DNA of 64,000 nucleotides from Desulfatiglandales bacterium (GCA_963667015.2 CAXXJJ010000004.1:2464001-2528000); one strand, 5' to 3'. Shown: positions 17,741 to 28,047, numbered from the stretch's first letter. Numbers and translations are program-made. Notes: generated from the sequence alone by a model not told the origin.

Positions 17741-18195
17741 GTCGTTAATAGGGAGTATGTATTAAATTGGGTAGCACTATAGTGGCACACACTATGCAAT
17801 TAAAAAGGATTTTGAAGTATAAATAGGTCAAATCCCAATTTTGGCTAACACTATGTAATTACAGATTTATTTTATGATTTCCCTACTCTATCATCCATTA
17901 TTTGTAGTTTTACGAAGCAGTAAGTCCCATTGGCATGAAGCGGGACTGAGTGACCAACAGTAATCAACAGGTTATGGTTTTGTGAGTATAACCTTTAATA
18001 TTTTTTAAAAATATGAGTCAGTAAGGTGCTTCTCATAGGAAAGAAACCGTATTATTTTCAATAGTTGTTAAATCTGATAACAATATTTCCCCTTCCCTTT
18101 TCTACCATTAATATTAAATATATAAATGAATGCTATCTATGAAGCATTTTGGGCACTGAGTGCCCAAGAGGAACGAAAACCATGTAAAATAGACG

Positions 18196-18231
18196 AAAAA
18201 ACCCCTGATTACATTGAGTAAAATCAGGGGT
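18196..18231 (-). terminator. Intrinsic terminator downstream of the tRNA 3' fragment
   Basis: ACCCCTGATT/AATCAGGGGT stem followed by a T-run on the minus strand. Confidence 0.65.
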
Positions 18232-18243
18232 CTCAGCATATAC

Positions 18244-18268
18244 TGGTAGTCCCAACGGGACTCGAACC
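18244..18268 (-). other. tRNA 3'-end fragment, att-site-like
   Basis: Minus strand GGTTCGAGTCCCGTTGGGACTACCA = T-loop, acceptor 3' strand and CCA; no matching 5' half. Confidence 0.7.
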
Positions 18269-18432
18269 TCTTTAATTAAAATAGTGATTATTATATCGAG
18301 ATATTAGGCTAAGTCTTTTATCCCCCGGCCATTTTATCAAGTGGCTAAATGACACCAAAATGCACACTATATGCACCCAAAACATGAAAAAATCCAAAAA
18401 ACAATTACAGTCAATCAGTAATAATCAAGCAC

Positions 18433-18469
18433 AAAAAGGCTTTTGGGCTGTTAACAGCCCAAAAGCCTT
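18433..18469 (-). terminator. Terminator of tRNA-Arg
   Basis: Perfect palindrome AAGGCTTTTGGGCTGTTAACAGCCCAAAAGCCTT with a T-run on the minus strand. Confidence 0.75.
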
Positions 18470-18518
18470 ATATTTATTATCTTTAGATCAATTAAAATTC
18501 TAAAAGACTTGATATCAA

Positions 18519-18595
18519 TGGCGCGCCCGGGAAGATTCGAACCCCCGACCTGCGGATTAGAAGTCCGCTGCTCTATCCAGCTGAGCTACGGGCGC
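18519..18595 (-). tRNA. tRNA-Arg(UCU)
   Basis: GCGCCCGTAGCTCAGCTGGATAGAGCAGCGGACTTCTAATCCGCAGGTCGGGGGTTCGAATCTTCCCGGGCGCGCCA; anticodon TCT, CCA encoded. Confidence 0.97.
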
Positions 18596-18689
18596 AAAAG
18601 TGGGCTACTCATAACATATTATATTTCTGTTTTCCAATATTTTTTTTGTAAATAGCAGAAAACTTTTATGCCCCCTTTTATATACAGAA

Positions 18690-20096
18690 CTACATAAATA
18701 TATCCAGATCCGGCAGTGAGCCCCCCCTGTTTTCATTAATGAAATCGTATATTTTATCTTTGAGCTCTTTTTTGGCGCTTCCATTCAATACCTGATGCAG
18801 CAGAAAATTTGTATTCCTCTCAAGCTGCCCCATGGTATCGGCCAGGGCCTTTAACTGCAGCAATGCCTTGCGGGATTTCTCCTGACAGGGGATATGAAGT
18901 TCCGGATTTCCCAGGATACTGATCAGCCTGTCAATCAGGGAATCGTTCATGCTTTTTACTTCTTCATAAATAAGATTTGCCCATCTGTTTTTCAATTCTT
19001 CGGGCATTCCCCTGTAGCCGGTAATTATTTCCGGTTTTTTCCCGAACCGCAGGGCTCCCTTCAGTTCGGCAATAGTATTTGATACCAGCGCCCTTGTTTC
19101 ACTGTCTATTCCATTAATATTGAACAGTTCATTCCACTTTTCCTCTATCTGCATTTTCACCCAGTTTTCTCCCTGTGACGGAGGAAGGGAAAGCTCCACA
19201 AATCTGTCGTGGGCATTACGTAAGACTCCGACAGCCTCGCCATACTCATCTCCAAGATCATCAGTGATCCTGTTCAGCATATTGATAGCGGTTGTCTTGG
19301 GATTTTCCAGATCCGAGTTTCTGATGAGCAGCGCTTCCCATTGTTCCCTCAGGGAGGCTACTTCCTGCTTTACAAGGGTGAAGATCAGTCCTGATTTTGT
19401 AATCGCATTTCTGAGTGAATCAGCCAGGATGTTGCAGGCATTCAGCCTGTCCCTGGAAAGGTCCTGCATGGCCTTCATCGAGTCCTGTCTGAGCTGGTAG
19501 CTTAAAAGCTCGGTCCCGAGCGAACGGGACAGTTTTTTAATTACCCTGGTCTCATGACTGTTCATCTTAATGGTATAGGGCCTGAAATGTATTTTTATAA
19601 CAGCTACTACCACGTAATCACTGTCTGCCCATATTGAATCACCAAAAAATTTTTTTGGATATTCGAGAGAGGAGTACATGTTAAGATTAAGGTCGGTCTT
19701 TCTGACGAGTACAGGCTCCATGTGCTGAAAATCTTCAAGCTCTGATTCGAGCTGAAGTCTTACGCTCCTGGAATCATTTGCCGGATCTTCAGAAGTCCAG
19801 CTTTTCTGTCTTTCGACACACCAACCCATGGCTTCAAGCGGCCTGCCCGGTTCATCCCTGTAATCAAGCCATGGTTTTCCCGGTGAAGTATAGCCGGAAT
19901 GGGAAGACATGCCCCATTCTATTTTTTCACGAAAGTCGTCAATAATGCCCGAGGTAATTCTTTCCACCTTTAATTCGGGTATCTTACCGACTTTATATAT
20001 GGTGCCTTTAAAGGCATTCGGGAGACAAACGAATATAGTTTCAATCATCTCCATACATGCTTTCTTAAGGACAGATTCATCTATCTCAATTGACAA
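18690..20096 (-). CDS. Hypothetical protein (468 aa)
   Basis: Long ORF with a helical C-terminal half; no motif recognised. Confidence 0.7.
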   Translation of the reverse strand: MSIEIDESVLKKACMEMIETIFVCLPNAFKGTIYKVGKIPELKVERITSGIIDDFREKIEWGMSSHSGYTSPGKPWLDYRDEPGRPLEAMGWCVERQKSWTSEDPANDSRSVRLQLESELEDFQHMEPVLVRKTDLNLNMYSSLEYPKKFFGDSIWADSDYVVVAVIKIHFRPYTIKMNSHETRVIKKLSRSLGTELLSYQLRQDSMKAMQDLSRDRLNACNILADSLRNAITKSGLIFTLVKQEVASLREQWEALLIRNSDLENPKTTAINMLNRITDDLGDEYGEAVGVLRNAHDRFVELSLPPSQGENWVKMQIEEKWNELFNINGIDSETRALVSNTIAELKGALRFGKKPEIITGYRGMPEELKNRWANLIYEEVKSMNDSLIDRLISILGNPELHIPCQEKSRKALLQLKALADTMGQLERNTNFLLHQVLNGSAKKELKDKIYDFINENRGGSLPDLDIFM

Positions 20097-20196
20097 GATC
20101 CAATACCTTTATCCTATTCATATTCAAGACGAATAAGCCCTTCTTTATTAAAAAAGTCAATTTATTTTTTATTTTTTTGTTCGGTGAAAATTTAAA

Positions 20197-21105
20197 ATGG
20201 TACTTGACATCAATGACCAATGGGGTAAAACATCAACTATGCATGAAAACAGCCTTCAATTTGATTTTCTGCCTGAATTGAATGATCCGCTTCTTATCAC
20301 GGGTTTCAGCGGATGGGGCAATGCCCTAGATATCTCCTGGGGGATAGCGGATTTTATTATCCGGAAACTGGATGCAAAGGTATTCGGCCATATAATTCCT
20401 GACCAGTTCTACTCCTTTGATGAAAAGCGCCCCACTGTAGAGATCAAAGACGGAATCCTTCAAAAGGTGGAACATCCCGGAGGATCTTTTTATATATCAA
20501 ACCCCGATGAAAGCTCCCGGGACATCATTATATTCAGGGCAGTTGAACCCAGCCTGAGATGGCTTCACTTCTCGGATATTGTTTTATCTGTATGTGAAAG
20601 ATTTGGCGTTAAAACCATCATATGTATCGGCAGCGTATTTGATAATGTGCTGCATACAGATAATGTAATATCGGCGCTTGCCTCTGATAATACCCTTCTC
20701 AATACACTGGATAAAGAGGCGGTGAGATACGCCAACTATACCGGGCCGGGGGGGATACATTCGGTTATAAGCCATGAAGCGCAAAAAAGGGGATTTGATT
20801 TTATCAACCTCTGGTGCCACTGTCCCCAATATCTCCAGGGAACAACACATTTTGGCATGCTGTGCAAGCTCGGTAACCTGATCTCCCGGATCGGCGGCTT
20901 TGATCTGGAAACAGATGAACTGGAAATAACCTGGCAGGAGGTAAGCAGGCAGATTCAGGATATAATCGATAAAAACCCAGAACTCAAGGGCATGATTGAT
21001 AACCTGAAAAAGGAGTCAAGGAAGGACTCAGAGGAAAACCGGGATAAACACGGCAAGATAATAAATTTTGACCGTTTTCAGAAAAATCAAAAAAGGAAAC
21101 ATTAA
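20197..21105 (+). CDS. PAC2-family (proteasome assembly chaperone-like) protein; start may be ATG 20239
   Basis: LITGFSGWGNA, EPSLRW, YTGPGGI, LWCHCPQY. Confidence 0.8.
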   Translation: MVLDINDQWGKTSTMHENSLQFDFLPELNDPLLITGFSGWGNALDISWGIADFIIRKLDAKVFGHIIPDQFYSFDEKRPTVEIKDGILQKVEHPGGSFYISNPDESSRDIIIFRAVEPSLRWLHFSDIVLSVCERFGVKTIICIGSVFDNVLHTDNVISALASDNTLLNTLDKEAVRYANYTGPGGIHSVISHEAQKRGFDFINLWCHCPQYLQGTTHFGMLCKLGNLISRIGGFDLETDELEITWQEVSRQIQDIIDKNPELKGMIDNLKKESRKDSEENRDKHGKIINFDRFQKNQKRKH

Positions 21106-21852
21106 TCAATACCCATCAATTGCCTTAATAAGCCCTGTTATTATCTTCCCTGCTTCACCCTCAAGAAAAATATCCGTAAGCTGATCGGTCAGCCATGTTT
21201 TTTCTTTATTTATCTCTATGATCTTTGCCCTGTTTCTGGTTGCCAGGGAAGGAATGGTACTGGCGGGTGAGACCTGGGCCGATGTCCCTATGACAAGCAA
21301 TATTTTTGCCTCAGAAGCAAGCTGGAAGGACATATCAAGTGTTTCTTGAGGGATATCCTCACCAAAATATATGACATCCGGCTTCAGTATCTGACCGCAT
21401 TCGCATGTCGGGAGATATTCATGTCTTTTTTCAGCCATAGTATATCTCCTGCTGCAGAACAGGCATGACAGTGTACCCGAATTTCCGTGGAATTCAATGA
21501 CGTTTTTAGCCCCGCCATCCTGGTGGAGATTATCGATATTCTGTGTGATTATATATTGGAGCAGTCCCTTTTGCTCCAGGATACCAAGACCGATATGGGC
21601 GGGATTGGGTCTTGCCTTCACAACAAGGGCATCCATTTCCCTCAGCATGTTCCACACCTCGGCCGGATCAGCTAAGAAGGCATCTATTGCGGCATACCGG
21701 GCAGGATCATACCTTGTCCATAATCCGTTCTTTCCCCTGAAATCAGGGATGCCCGATTCAACAGATATTCCCGCACCTGTAAGGGCAATAACAGGTTTTG
21801 ATCGGGTAATTATCTCTGCGGCCTGTTCTATCCGGTCATTCAAATCTGGCAA
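21106..21852 (-). CDS. cobB: Sir2-family NAD-dependent protein deacylase
   Basis: GAGISVESGIPDFRG, ITQNIDNLH, HG, Zn cysteines, GTS. Confidence 0.92.
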   Translation of the reverse strand: MPDLNDRIEQAAEIITRSKPVIALTGAGISVESGIPDFRGKNGLWTRYDPARYAAIDAFLADPAEVWNMLREMDALVVKARPNPAHIGLGILEQKGLLQYIITQNIDNLHQDGGAKNVIEFHGNSGTLSCLFCSRRYTMAEKRHEYLPTCECGQILKPDVIYFGEDIPQETLDMSFQLASEAKILLVIGTSAQVSPASTIPSLATRNRAKIIEINKEKTWLTDQLTDIFLEGEAGKIITGLIKAIDGY

Positions 21853-21944
21853 GTGGCACCTTTGGACTTAATCAACCCATAAGCATCAGCAAGGTGCCAA
21901 GGAGCGACCGAAAGCAACAAAGCAGATGACACCTTGATGATGAC

Positions 21945-22133
21945 TCAAGTTGCCTCCAGCATTATCCTGCTGTCAGAACCGTTATAACTTATTATCCTGG
22001 CCTTTATCTTTTTCTGTTCGCCAAAGATATTTATCAGCCTGATCTCATCACCCTCGACATCAAGCTGATCAACGTTTTCCATGATTTTGCTTTCCGTGCC
22101 TTCCTTTACTAGAAAGGCGTTAGCCTCACACAT
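21945..22133 (-). CDS. CooT-family nickel-binding protein
   Basis: MCEANA start, IMENV, NIFGEQK; AGGAGG RBS. Confidence 0.8.
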   Translation of the reverse strand: MCEANAFLVKEGTESKIMENVDQLDVEGDEIRLINIFGEQKKIKARIISYNGSDSRIMLEAT

Positions 22134-22155
22134 TTGAATTTACCTCCTCATACTG

Positions 22156-22356
22156 CTATTCAAGTGCCTTAAGGGCATTCTTAAGGCATTCGGTGCTTTT
22201 TTTATTCAGTTCAATCATTTCCCTGATATATGACGCACTCTCGGCCTTACCCTCACCAGCCAGCTGTTCCGCAAATTCCGAATAATCCTCAATATGGTGA
22301 TCGCTGTGCTCCACCCAGTGCTCAAGACGAATTTTAGCCTTTTCCAGAAAATCCAT
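22156..22356 (-). CDS. Small His-containing helical protein next to CooT
   Basis: HWVEHSDHH; GGAGG RBS. Confidence 0.7.
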   Translation of the reverse strand: MDFLEKAKIRLEHWVEHSDHHIEDYSEFAEQLAGEGKAESASYIREMIELNKKSTECLKNALKALE

Positions 22357-22397
22357 TCAAGTAACCTCCTATCGAAAATGACGTAATTATTTAATTT

Positions 22398-23144
22398 TTA
22401 CTCACTCAAAGGCAATCTTACTGTAAATTTTGCGCCCTTATTCTTTTCGCTTTCCAGGGACATTTTGCCGCCCATGTCCTCGACAAGAACAAGCACCCCG
22501 GCAAGACCAAGCCCATGCCCCCTTACACAGCAGTTCCTTTCATCTCCAAGCTGAAAATACTGCTCAAATATCTTCTCCTGGTATTCCTTTTCTATCCCTT
22601 TTCCATCATCCATTATGGAAGCGACAAGATTCATATTATCAATGGATACATCAAGGATTATTTCATTTTTCCTGTATTTCATGGCATTGCTTAAAAGATT
22701 CCTGAAGATCTGCCTCACTTTTCTTATATCCAGAAATAATTCTTCTGACCATACAGATTCATCAATATTAAGCTTTATATTGTGGACTTCAAGAATTCCC
22801 ACAAGATCGGTCAGGTTTTCAGACCTGCTTATTTTTTCAGCTGTATCAGGATCGATGAGGTCAAATATCTCAACAAAAGGAAATGTTATATATTCACAGC
22901 ATTTGAACCTGTCTTTATTAAATATGCCTTCGCATGATCTCCCAACTTCAAGGATATCATTTACAAGAGACATGGCTATCTTGGAATTTCTCAAGACCCT
23001 GCTCAAAACTCTTATCTGATACTCTGAAAGCGAGTTTTCCCTGTCTGCCTTCTTCATCAGGGAATCTACGCTTGCCTCAATGACTGCAATTGGATTTTTT
23101 AGATCATGAACCAATAATTCTGTTTTTACTCTGTTTTTATTCAT
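22398..23144 (-). CDS. Histidine kinase (HisKA + HATPase, no sensor domain)
   Basis: HDLKNP, NLLSNAMKY, DDGKGI, GHGLGL. Confidence 0.9.
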   Translation of the reverse strand: MNKNRVKTELLVHDLKNPIAVIEASVDSLMKKADRENSLSEYQIRVLSRVLRNSKIAMSLVNDILEVGRSCEGIFNKDRFKCCEYITFPFVEIFDLIDPDTAEKISRSENLTDLVGILEVHNIKLNIDESVWSEELFLDIRKVRQIFRNLLSNAMKYRKNEIILDVSIDNMNLVASIMDDGKGIEKEYQEKIFEQYFQLGDERNCCVRGHGLGLAGVLVLVEDMGGKMSLESEKNKGAKFTVRLPLSE

Positions 23145-23312
23145 AACTGCCTTAAATCCGCCGGAGACGGATGATTTTTTAATTTTAGCCTGCGAAAACT
23201 CGCAGCATACTTCTTTAAGCTGTTTTACAGGGCAACAGCGGGCCTTAAAAGTTCGGTATCATTTATATTATACTGAACATAATAAAAATATTACCCTGTG
23301 TCCATCTATAAA

Positions 23313-24161
23313 TCACTTGAATACAACCCCGACATAACCGACAAAACTGCTGTTGGGCATTACATCATAACTTGTTGTATAGACAAGTTTTTTGCTCTCC
23401 ACTGCCCCGAGCACTTTAACGGCTGCTACCGCTGCAGAAACAGCCCCTCCGCAGCATGCATTTAAATTCCGGAGTGACTCGCCTGTAATGGCATTCGAGT
23501 CCATCCCCAGTATAAGATCCACCATTTTTTTATCATTATGATTTTTGACCCAGTCTACGGCATCCTGACCGGTACCCTTATCTGTATTGCCATAGTTGGG
23601 ACCATAATGGGTCAGATCGGTGGATCCCAGCACCTTGAGCCTCTGCCCCAGTTTTTTTGCAATTTCTGCTGTACGCTCCCCTATTTTTATGGATGAAATT
23701 GCGGGCGGCACGCCCATGGGCAGAATCTTCACATCAGGGAAAAAATATTTTATAAAAGGCAGCTGAAGCTCAATCGTGTTATCCGGTGAATATCTTGAAT
23801 CTGTCTCAATATTGAAATTAAATTCCGATATCAGATTATTTGCCATATCTTCTGCAACAGGCAGCTCTCCAAGGGGTGTATTCCATGCCCCTTTACTCAT
23901 TATATAATTACCGCTTCCGGGATGGAGATGCCTCCCGAACAGGGCAATCACATCAGGATCCGCACCTGTCTTCAAATACCTTATAACATTATACGCCACC
24001 CTGCCTGAATATACCCAGCCTGCATGGGGAAGTATACCGCCGAGCCAGTCGCCTTCCTGGGTTGAAACAGATGACTTTTCAAACTCTTTAAACATCCGGA
24101 GGCATTCTGATTCTGTTGCCGGATACCAGCTTCCTGCCAAATCAGGTTGTCTGACGCCCAT
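23313..24161 (-). CDS. amrB: AmmeMemoRadiSam system protein B (MEMO1 family)
   Basis: RQPDLAGSWYP, PHAGWVYSG, ELQLPF, STDLTHYG, SFVGY. Confidence 0.88.
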   Translation of the reverse strand: MGVRQPDLAGSWYPATESECLRMFKEFEKSSVSTQEGDWLGGILPHAGWVYSGRVAYNVIRYLKTGADPDVIALFGRHLHPGSGNYIMSKGAWNTPLGELPVAEDMANNLISEFNFNIETDSRYSPDNTIELQLPFIKYFFPDVKILPMGVPPAISSIKIGERTAEIAKKLGQRLKVLGSTDLTHYGPNYGNTDKGTGQDAVDWVKNHNDKKMVDLILGMDSNAITGESLRNLNACCGGAVSAAVAAVKVLGAVESKKLVYTTSYDVMPNSSFVGYVGVVFK

Positions 24162-24289
24162 TTTAATCTCTCCTCTTGTTGTTTAAGGAATATACAGAAG
24201 ATTATTTTATATATTTTTGCTCCTTGCGGCAAATACTCTTTTTTTATATAAGTCTTTTTCAGAAAAGGTAAATAACCGGAAACATAAAC

Positions 24290-24967
24290 ATGGCATGGAT
24301 AGAAAAATTAGAGAACTTCATTCCTGACAACCCAATGGATTTGGGGATAAGAGTAGCAGTGCTTTTATTTGCAGTGACAATCCATGAATACGCCCATGGC
24401 AAGGCAGCATTTTCACTGGGAGACCCAACAGCCAAAAATGCTGGAAGAATTACGCTCAACCCAATCCCTCATATCGATCCTGTAGGAGCAATCTGTCTTT
24501 TCTTAGCCGGCTTCGGGTGGGCAAAACCGGTTCCGGTTGATATCCGGTATTTTGCCAACCGGAGAAGAGATACAATTCTTATGGCACTGAGCGGCCCGAT
24601 TTCCAACCTCTCCGCCGCTTTTGTGACAGGACTTTTCATAAGGAGCTATTATCTGGAATCCGATTTTTACCGCACATTAATGCTATATCTTATTATTTTT
24701 AATACAGGACTGGGAATTTTTAATCTATTACCCATACCGCCCCTTGACGGCTCACATGTTATCGAAAACATTCTGCCGAAGTCTGTATCTGTAATATTCA
24801 GTAAATCCAGGCGTTACGTACCGGTTATCCTGTTAGGCGCGCTGGTTGTTGACAGGTTCTTAAACTTGAATATTCTCAGTACAATTATAGGTACTCCCAT
24901 ATTTGAAGTCGCCAGACTTTTCGGGGGAGAAAACTTTACAAAACTGCTCAGCAGTTATCATCTTTAA
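24290..24967 (+). CDS. Site-2 protease (M50 family)
   Basis: HEYAH, GWAKPVPV, FNLLPIPPLDG. Confidence 0.92.
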   Translation: MAWIEKLENFIPDNPMDLGIRVAVLLFAVTIHEYAHGKAAFSLGDPTAKNAGRITLNPIPHIDPVGAICLFLAGFGWAKPVPVDIRYFANRRRDTILMALSGPISNLSAAFVTGLFIRSYYLESDFYRTLMLYLIIFNTGLGIFNLLPIPPLDGSHVIENILPKSVSVIFSKSRRYVPVILLGALVVDRFLNLNILSTIIGTPIFEVARLFGGENFTKLLSSYHL

Positions 24968-26310
24968 ACAGAAAGATTTGAGATTAAATCGGATATTCCT
25001 TCAACCACTTCCGGTAGCTGACCGGATTTTATACCAATCCTTTCAAGGCGTTCATGAAATGAATCCGTATTAATCCTTTCAAGTTCCTGGCCGACGATAA
25101 ACCGTGACATTAAGAGGTCTGCAAAATAGATCAGGTGGCTGAGCTCACTGTCATATTCAGCATCTTCCGGGCTGTGATGATACTTTATAACATCGATCAG
25201 ACGCTCCGGGAGTCCCCACATCTCAGCGAGTTTACCGCCCACATCTGTGTGATCCAGGCCGAAGATCTCCTTTTCCACATTGACAAGGGTTTCATTCCTT
25301 TCCTGGGTTCTTCTGTAAAACATTGGATATGCATTGTCCATAAACTGATCCAGGGCTATTTTCCCAATATCATGTAAAAGCCCTGCGGTATAGGCAATAT
25401 CACTTGATATTTTCCTGTTATATGATGCCAGCTTTTCAGCTATCAGGGCTGTTCCAACTGCATGCTTGAAAAGTCCGCCCTTGCACAGTGAATACCCTCC
25501 TGTTTCACTCTTAAAAAAACCTTCCATTGAGGCTGAAATAACCAGTTGCAGAAGGCGTTTTTCTCCAAGGACAACCAGTGCCCTGTCAATACTGTCTACA
25601 TTGCTGTTCTGTTTGAAATAGGCGGAATTACACAACCTGATTATCTTGGCGCTTATTATTTGATCCTGCTTTATTTCAGCACCAAGATCATCCATATTGT
25701 AAGCATCATCCTTGATCATCCTTAATAATTTAAGGGCAATCTGAGGTATTGGTTTCACTTCGGAGATAGCGGATTCGAGCTGTTGCATGGAAGGATACTC
25801 CACTGGTTCTGAATCTCTATCTTCAGGCACACTGATTGGTTTTATGGAACTTTCCCAGTTTGACAGGTTAAGGCTTAAGCAGCAGCAGAAATGTCCCCCG
25901 GTTTCACTTTTAACCACGGGAATATTTTCAGATTTCAGGATATTTTCAACTATCTCTGCTGTTCTGCCACCTATATCGAGGTTTAAATCAAGATCGGAAA
26001 CAGGACCTACAAGGGCTCCTCCTGCAATTGTCGCAACAAAATTACCCGGCTCTCCAAGCTCGGAGCGAAGGGCATTGATAAAAAGAGGCAGGCCAGTTTT
26101 TGCATAGTTTTCCATTCTTCCCAGGACACTCATTCCGGTGGGTTCAGGGAGGAGAATGTGCATAAGGCCTCCGAGGTTCTTTTTTTCATCAACCAGCGTT
26201 ATACCGACACATGTCCCGAGGTAGGCATCCAGCACCTCATTTTTATTGCTGCTTATCACAAAGGTACCTGATGGAACCGGTGTTCTTCGATACATTAAGG
26301 TTGTGCTCAT
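24964..26310 (-). CDS. CheD-like deamidase fused to an HDOD domain
   Basis: LGTCVG...HILLP...GGA (CheD); KIIRLCNS, AGLLHDIGK, WGLP...YHH (HDOD). Confidence 0.85.
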   Translation of the reverse strand: MSTTLMYRRTPVPSGTFVISSNKNEVLDAYLGTCVGITLVDEKKNLGGLMHILLPEPTGMSVLGRMENYAKTGLPLFINALRSELGEPGNFVATIAGGALVGPVSDLDLNLDIGGRTAEIVENILKSENIPVVKSETGGHFCCCLSLNLSNWESSIKPISVPEDRDSEPVEYPSMQQLESAISEVKPIPQIALKLLRMIKDDAYNMDDLGAEIKQDQIISAKIIRLCNSAYFKQNSNVDSIDRALVVLGEKRLLQLVISASMEGFFKSETGGYSLCKGGLFKHAVGTALIAEKLASYNRKISSDIAYTAGLLHDIGKIALDQFMDNAYPMFYRRTQERNETLVNVEKEIFGLDHTDVGGKLAEMWGLPERLIDVIKYHHSPEDAEYDSELSHLIYFADLLMSRFIVGQELERINTDSFHERLERIGIKSGQLPEVVEGISDLISNLSV

Positions 26311-26373
26311 GAGCTGTTTTCCTTTGCCTGGTAATTTTTAGTGAAAATCAATCTACTAATAATGTTAATTTTA

Positions 26374-26389
26374 AGCAAGATTTATGCCT
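26374..26389 (-). promoter_or_regulatory. Sigma54-type promoter for the CheD-HDOD gene
   Basis: Minus strand AGGCATAAATCTTGCT (GG-N10-GC), about 65 bp upstream of the start. Confidence 0.5.
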
Positions 26390-26452
26390 GAATCCTGAAA
26401 AAAATAATGCTATATTTTCAGTAAAAAGGTAAACACAACAGGCGTGGTTTAG

Positions 26453-26634
26453 CTAGTTTCCATCCATAAACGGCTCTTTTTCACAATCTCTGCGTCAATC
26501 TGCGGAATGACTTGTGCGATGTACTAAAGTACATCTCCGCGCTATTCCTTGATTTCCTTGATCTTGTAAAAAATATCTCGTTTATGAATTGGAAACTACT
26601 TAGTGCCTCAAAACTGTTTATGGATGGGCACTAG
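26453..26634. mobile_element. MITE-like element (~180 bp)
   Basis: Ends CTAGTTTCCATCCATAAAC / GTTTATGGATGGGCACTAG form an imperfect inverted repeat with CTAG at both ends; no ORF inside. Confidence 0.6.
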
Positions 26635-26705
26635 CTAAATAAATTTAATATGTTATTACCTGATATGAACCGATAATTATTACTCCTAATTATGCACATA
26701 CTGCC

Positions 26706-27227
26706 TTAAATTACCAAAAACCGGACATCCTCTAAAGGCAATTGAGACCTTACTTTACCCTTTATTAAAAGACCCAGCCCAAGTATCTGACCATTTAATG
26801 ATAATATTACATAACCATTATCAAGATCATCATCAAAAGGCAGATGCTCTCCACTTAACAGCATTTTAAGCTGCTCTGAACCGATATTAAAGACTGCCCT
26901 GGTTGCCATATGACCAAAATACTGAATAATTCTGGTTGTGGGCTTTACAAAACTGCCAACCTCCTGAAATGCCTTTATTCCGAGTCTTTTTATCTTTAAA
27001 TGAGATATCTCTGATAACAACTGACTTTTTCTTAGAAACCAGAATGTCCTTTTCTTGGCATACATAAGATAGTCATCAAAGTTTTCGGTAGAAATCCCGA
27101 ATCTTTCATACATATATGCAAGCAAAGATGTACGTTCATCCTCTTTTGCCAATTCTGGCCATGAAGAATCCAACTGAATTGGTAAGGTGAGGGTAGAATC
27201 TTGCTGATTTTTCAAGCTGTTTGTCAT
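26706..27227 (-). CDS. RsmF C-terminal/PUA-like partner protein (true start probably near 27151)
   Basis: Overlaps the end of the RsmB/F gene; ERFGI, KPTT, GYVIL...LGLG. Confidence 0.6.
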   Translation of the reverse strand: MTNSLKNQQDSTLTLPIQLDSSWPELAKEDERTSLLAYMYERFGISTENFDDYLMYAKKRTFWFLRKSQLLSEISHLKIKRLGIKAFQEVGSFVKPTTRIIQYFGHMATRAVFNIGSEQLKMLLSGEHLPFDDDLDNGYVILSLNGQILGLGLLIKGKVRSQLPLEDVRFLVI

Positions 27228-28047
27228 AGGACGAATCCTTCCAACCGGTTAACCCGCGCATATGGGGGAAATTAATATCAAGTGGCAGCAGTTCCGCATC
27301 CCTGTTATCCAGTAAAAATTGAACCGCCGCCTCATTTTCCTCTGGATTATAGGTACAGGTAGAATAGAGCATTACACCGCCGACCTTAAGGAGATCAAAT
27401 CCCCTTAAAATCATTTTTTTCTGCAAATCAAGAAGCTTGTTTCCGGGATGGGGTTTGGAGGGATAGCTCTTACCCGTTCCCTCAACCCTTCTGATCCTGC
27501 CTTCTCCTGAACAGGGAACATCGGCCAGGATGTAGTCAAAATGCTGCTTAAGAGGAAACTCCTGAGCCTGGTATTCCGTGTAAATCGTATTTATTACCCC
27601 GAGCCTTATAAGGGTGTGCCCGAGGGGGATATGCCTGCTTGCATAAAGCTCGTTGGAAACTATTACCCCGCTGTTTTCCATGATATCTGCCATATGGGCG
27701 GTTTTACCGCCCGGGGAGGAGCACATGTCAAGCACAAGAGTGTCTCTTTCCGGGGCCAGAACCATGGCGGCAAGGCATGATGTCAATGCCTGGGGATGTA
27801 TATAACCCGAGAAGTACTCCGGAAGGTTTCCCGGTGATTTCAGATCCGGGGCCTCGTAGAACCTGCCTCCTTCATCACCCATGGGTGTGAGGGGAATGCC
27901 TCTTTCTTCTAAAATATTAACAAGCCTGTCCGGCTCTACCTTTATTCGATTGACCCTGAAATGCACGGGTGGAGGATAGTTGAGACTTTCGATAAAATTA
28001 TCAAAATCAGGTATAATTTCGCGGTATGGGTCAAAAAATTTATACAT
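27136..28047 (-). CDS. RsmB/NOP/RsmF-family RNA m5C methyltransferase
   Basis: LDMCSSPGGKT, DVPCSGEG, YSTCTYNPEENE. Confidence 0.92.
   Translation of the reverse strand: MYKFFDPYREIIPDFDNFIESLNYPPPVHFRVNRIKVEPDRLVNILEERGIPLTPMGDEGGRFYEAPDLKSPGNLPEYFSGYIHPQALTSCLAAMVLAPERDTLVLDMCSSPGGKTAHMADIMENSGVIVSNELYASRHIPLGHTLIRLGVINTIYTEYQAQEFPLKQHFDYILADVPCSGEGRIRRVEGTGKSYPSKPHPGNKLLDLQKKMILRGFDLLKVGGVMLYSTCTYNPEENEAAVQFLLDNRDAELLPLDINFPHMRGLTGWKDSSYDKQLEKSARFYPHLTNSVGFFMARIGKRG

Noticed and set aside
18244..18268. Second complete tRNA gene
   Set aside because: Only the T-loop and acceptor 3' strand exist; the upstream sequence cannot form the T stem, D arm or anticodon arm.
20197..21105. PAC2-family gene as part of the ubiquitin-like system
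   Set aside because: It lies beyond the tRNA boundary among housekeeping genes; proximity is probably coincidental.
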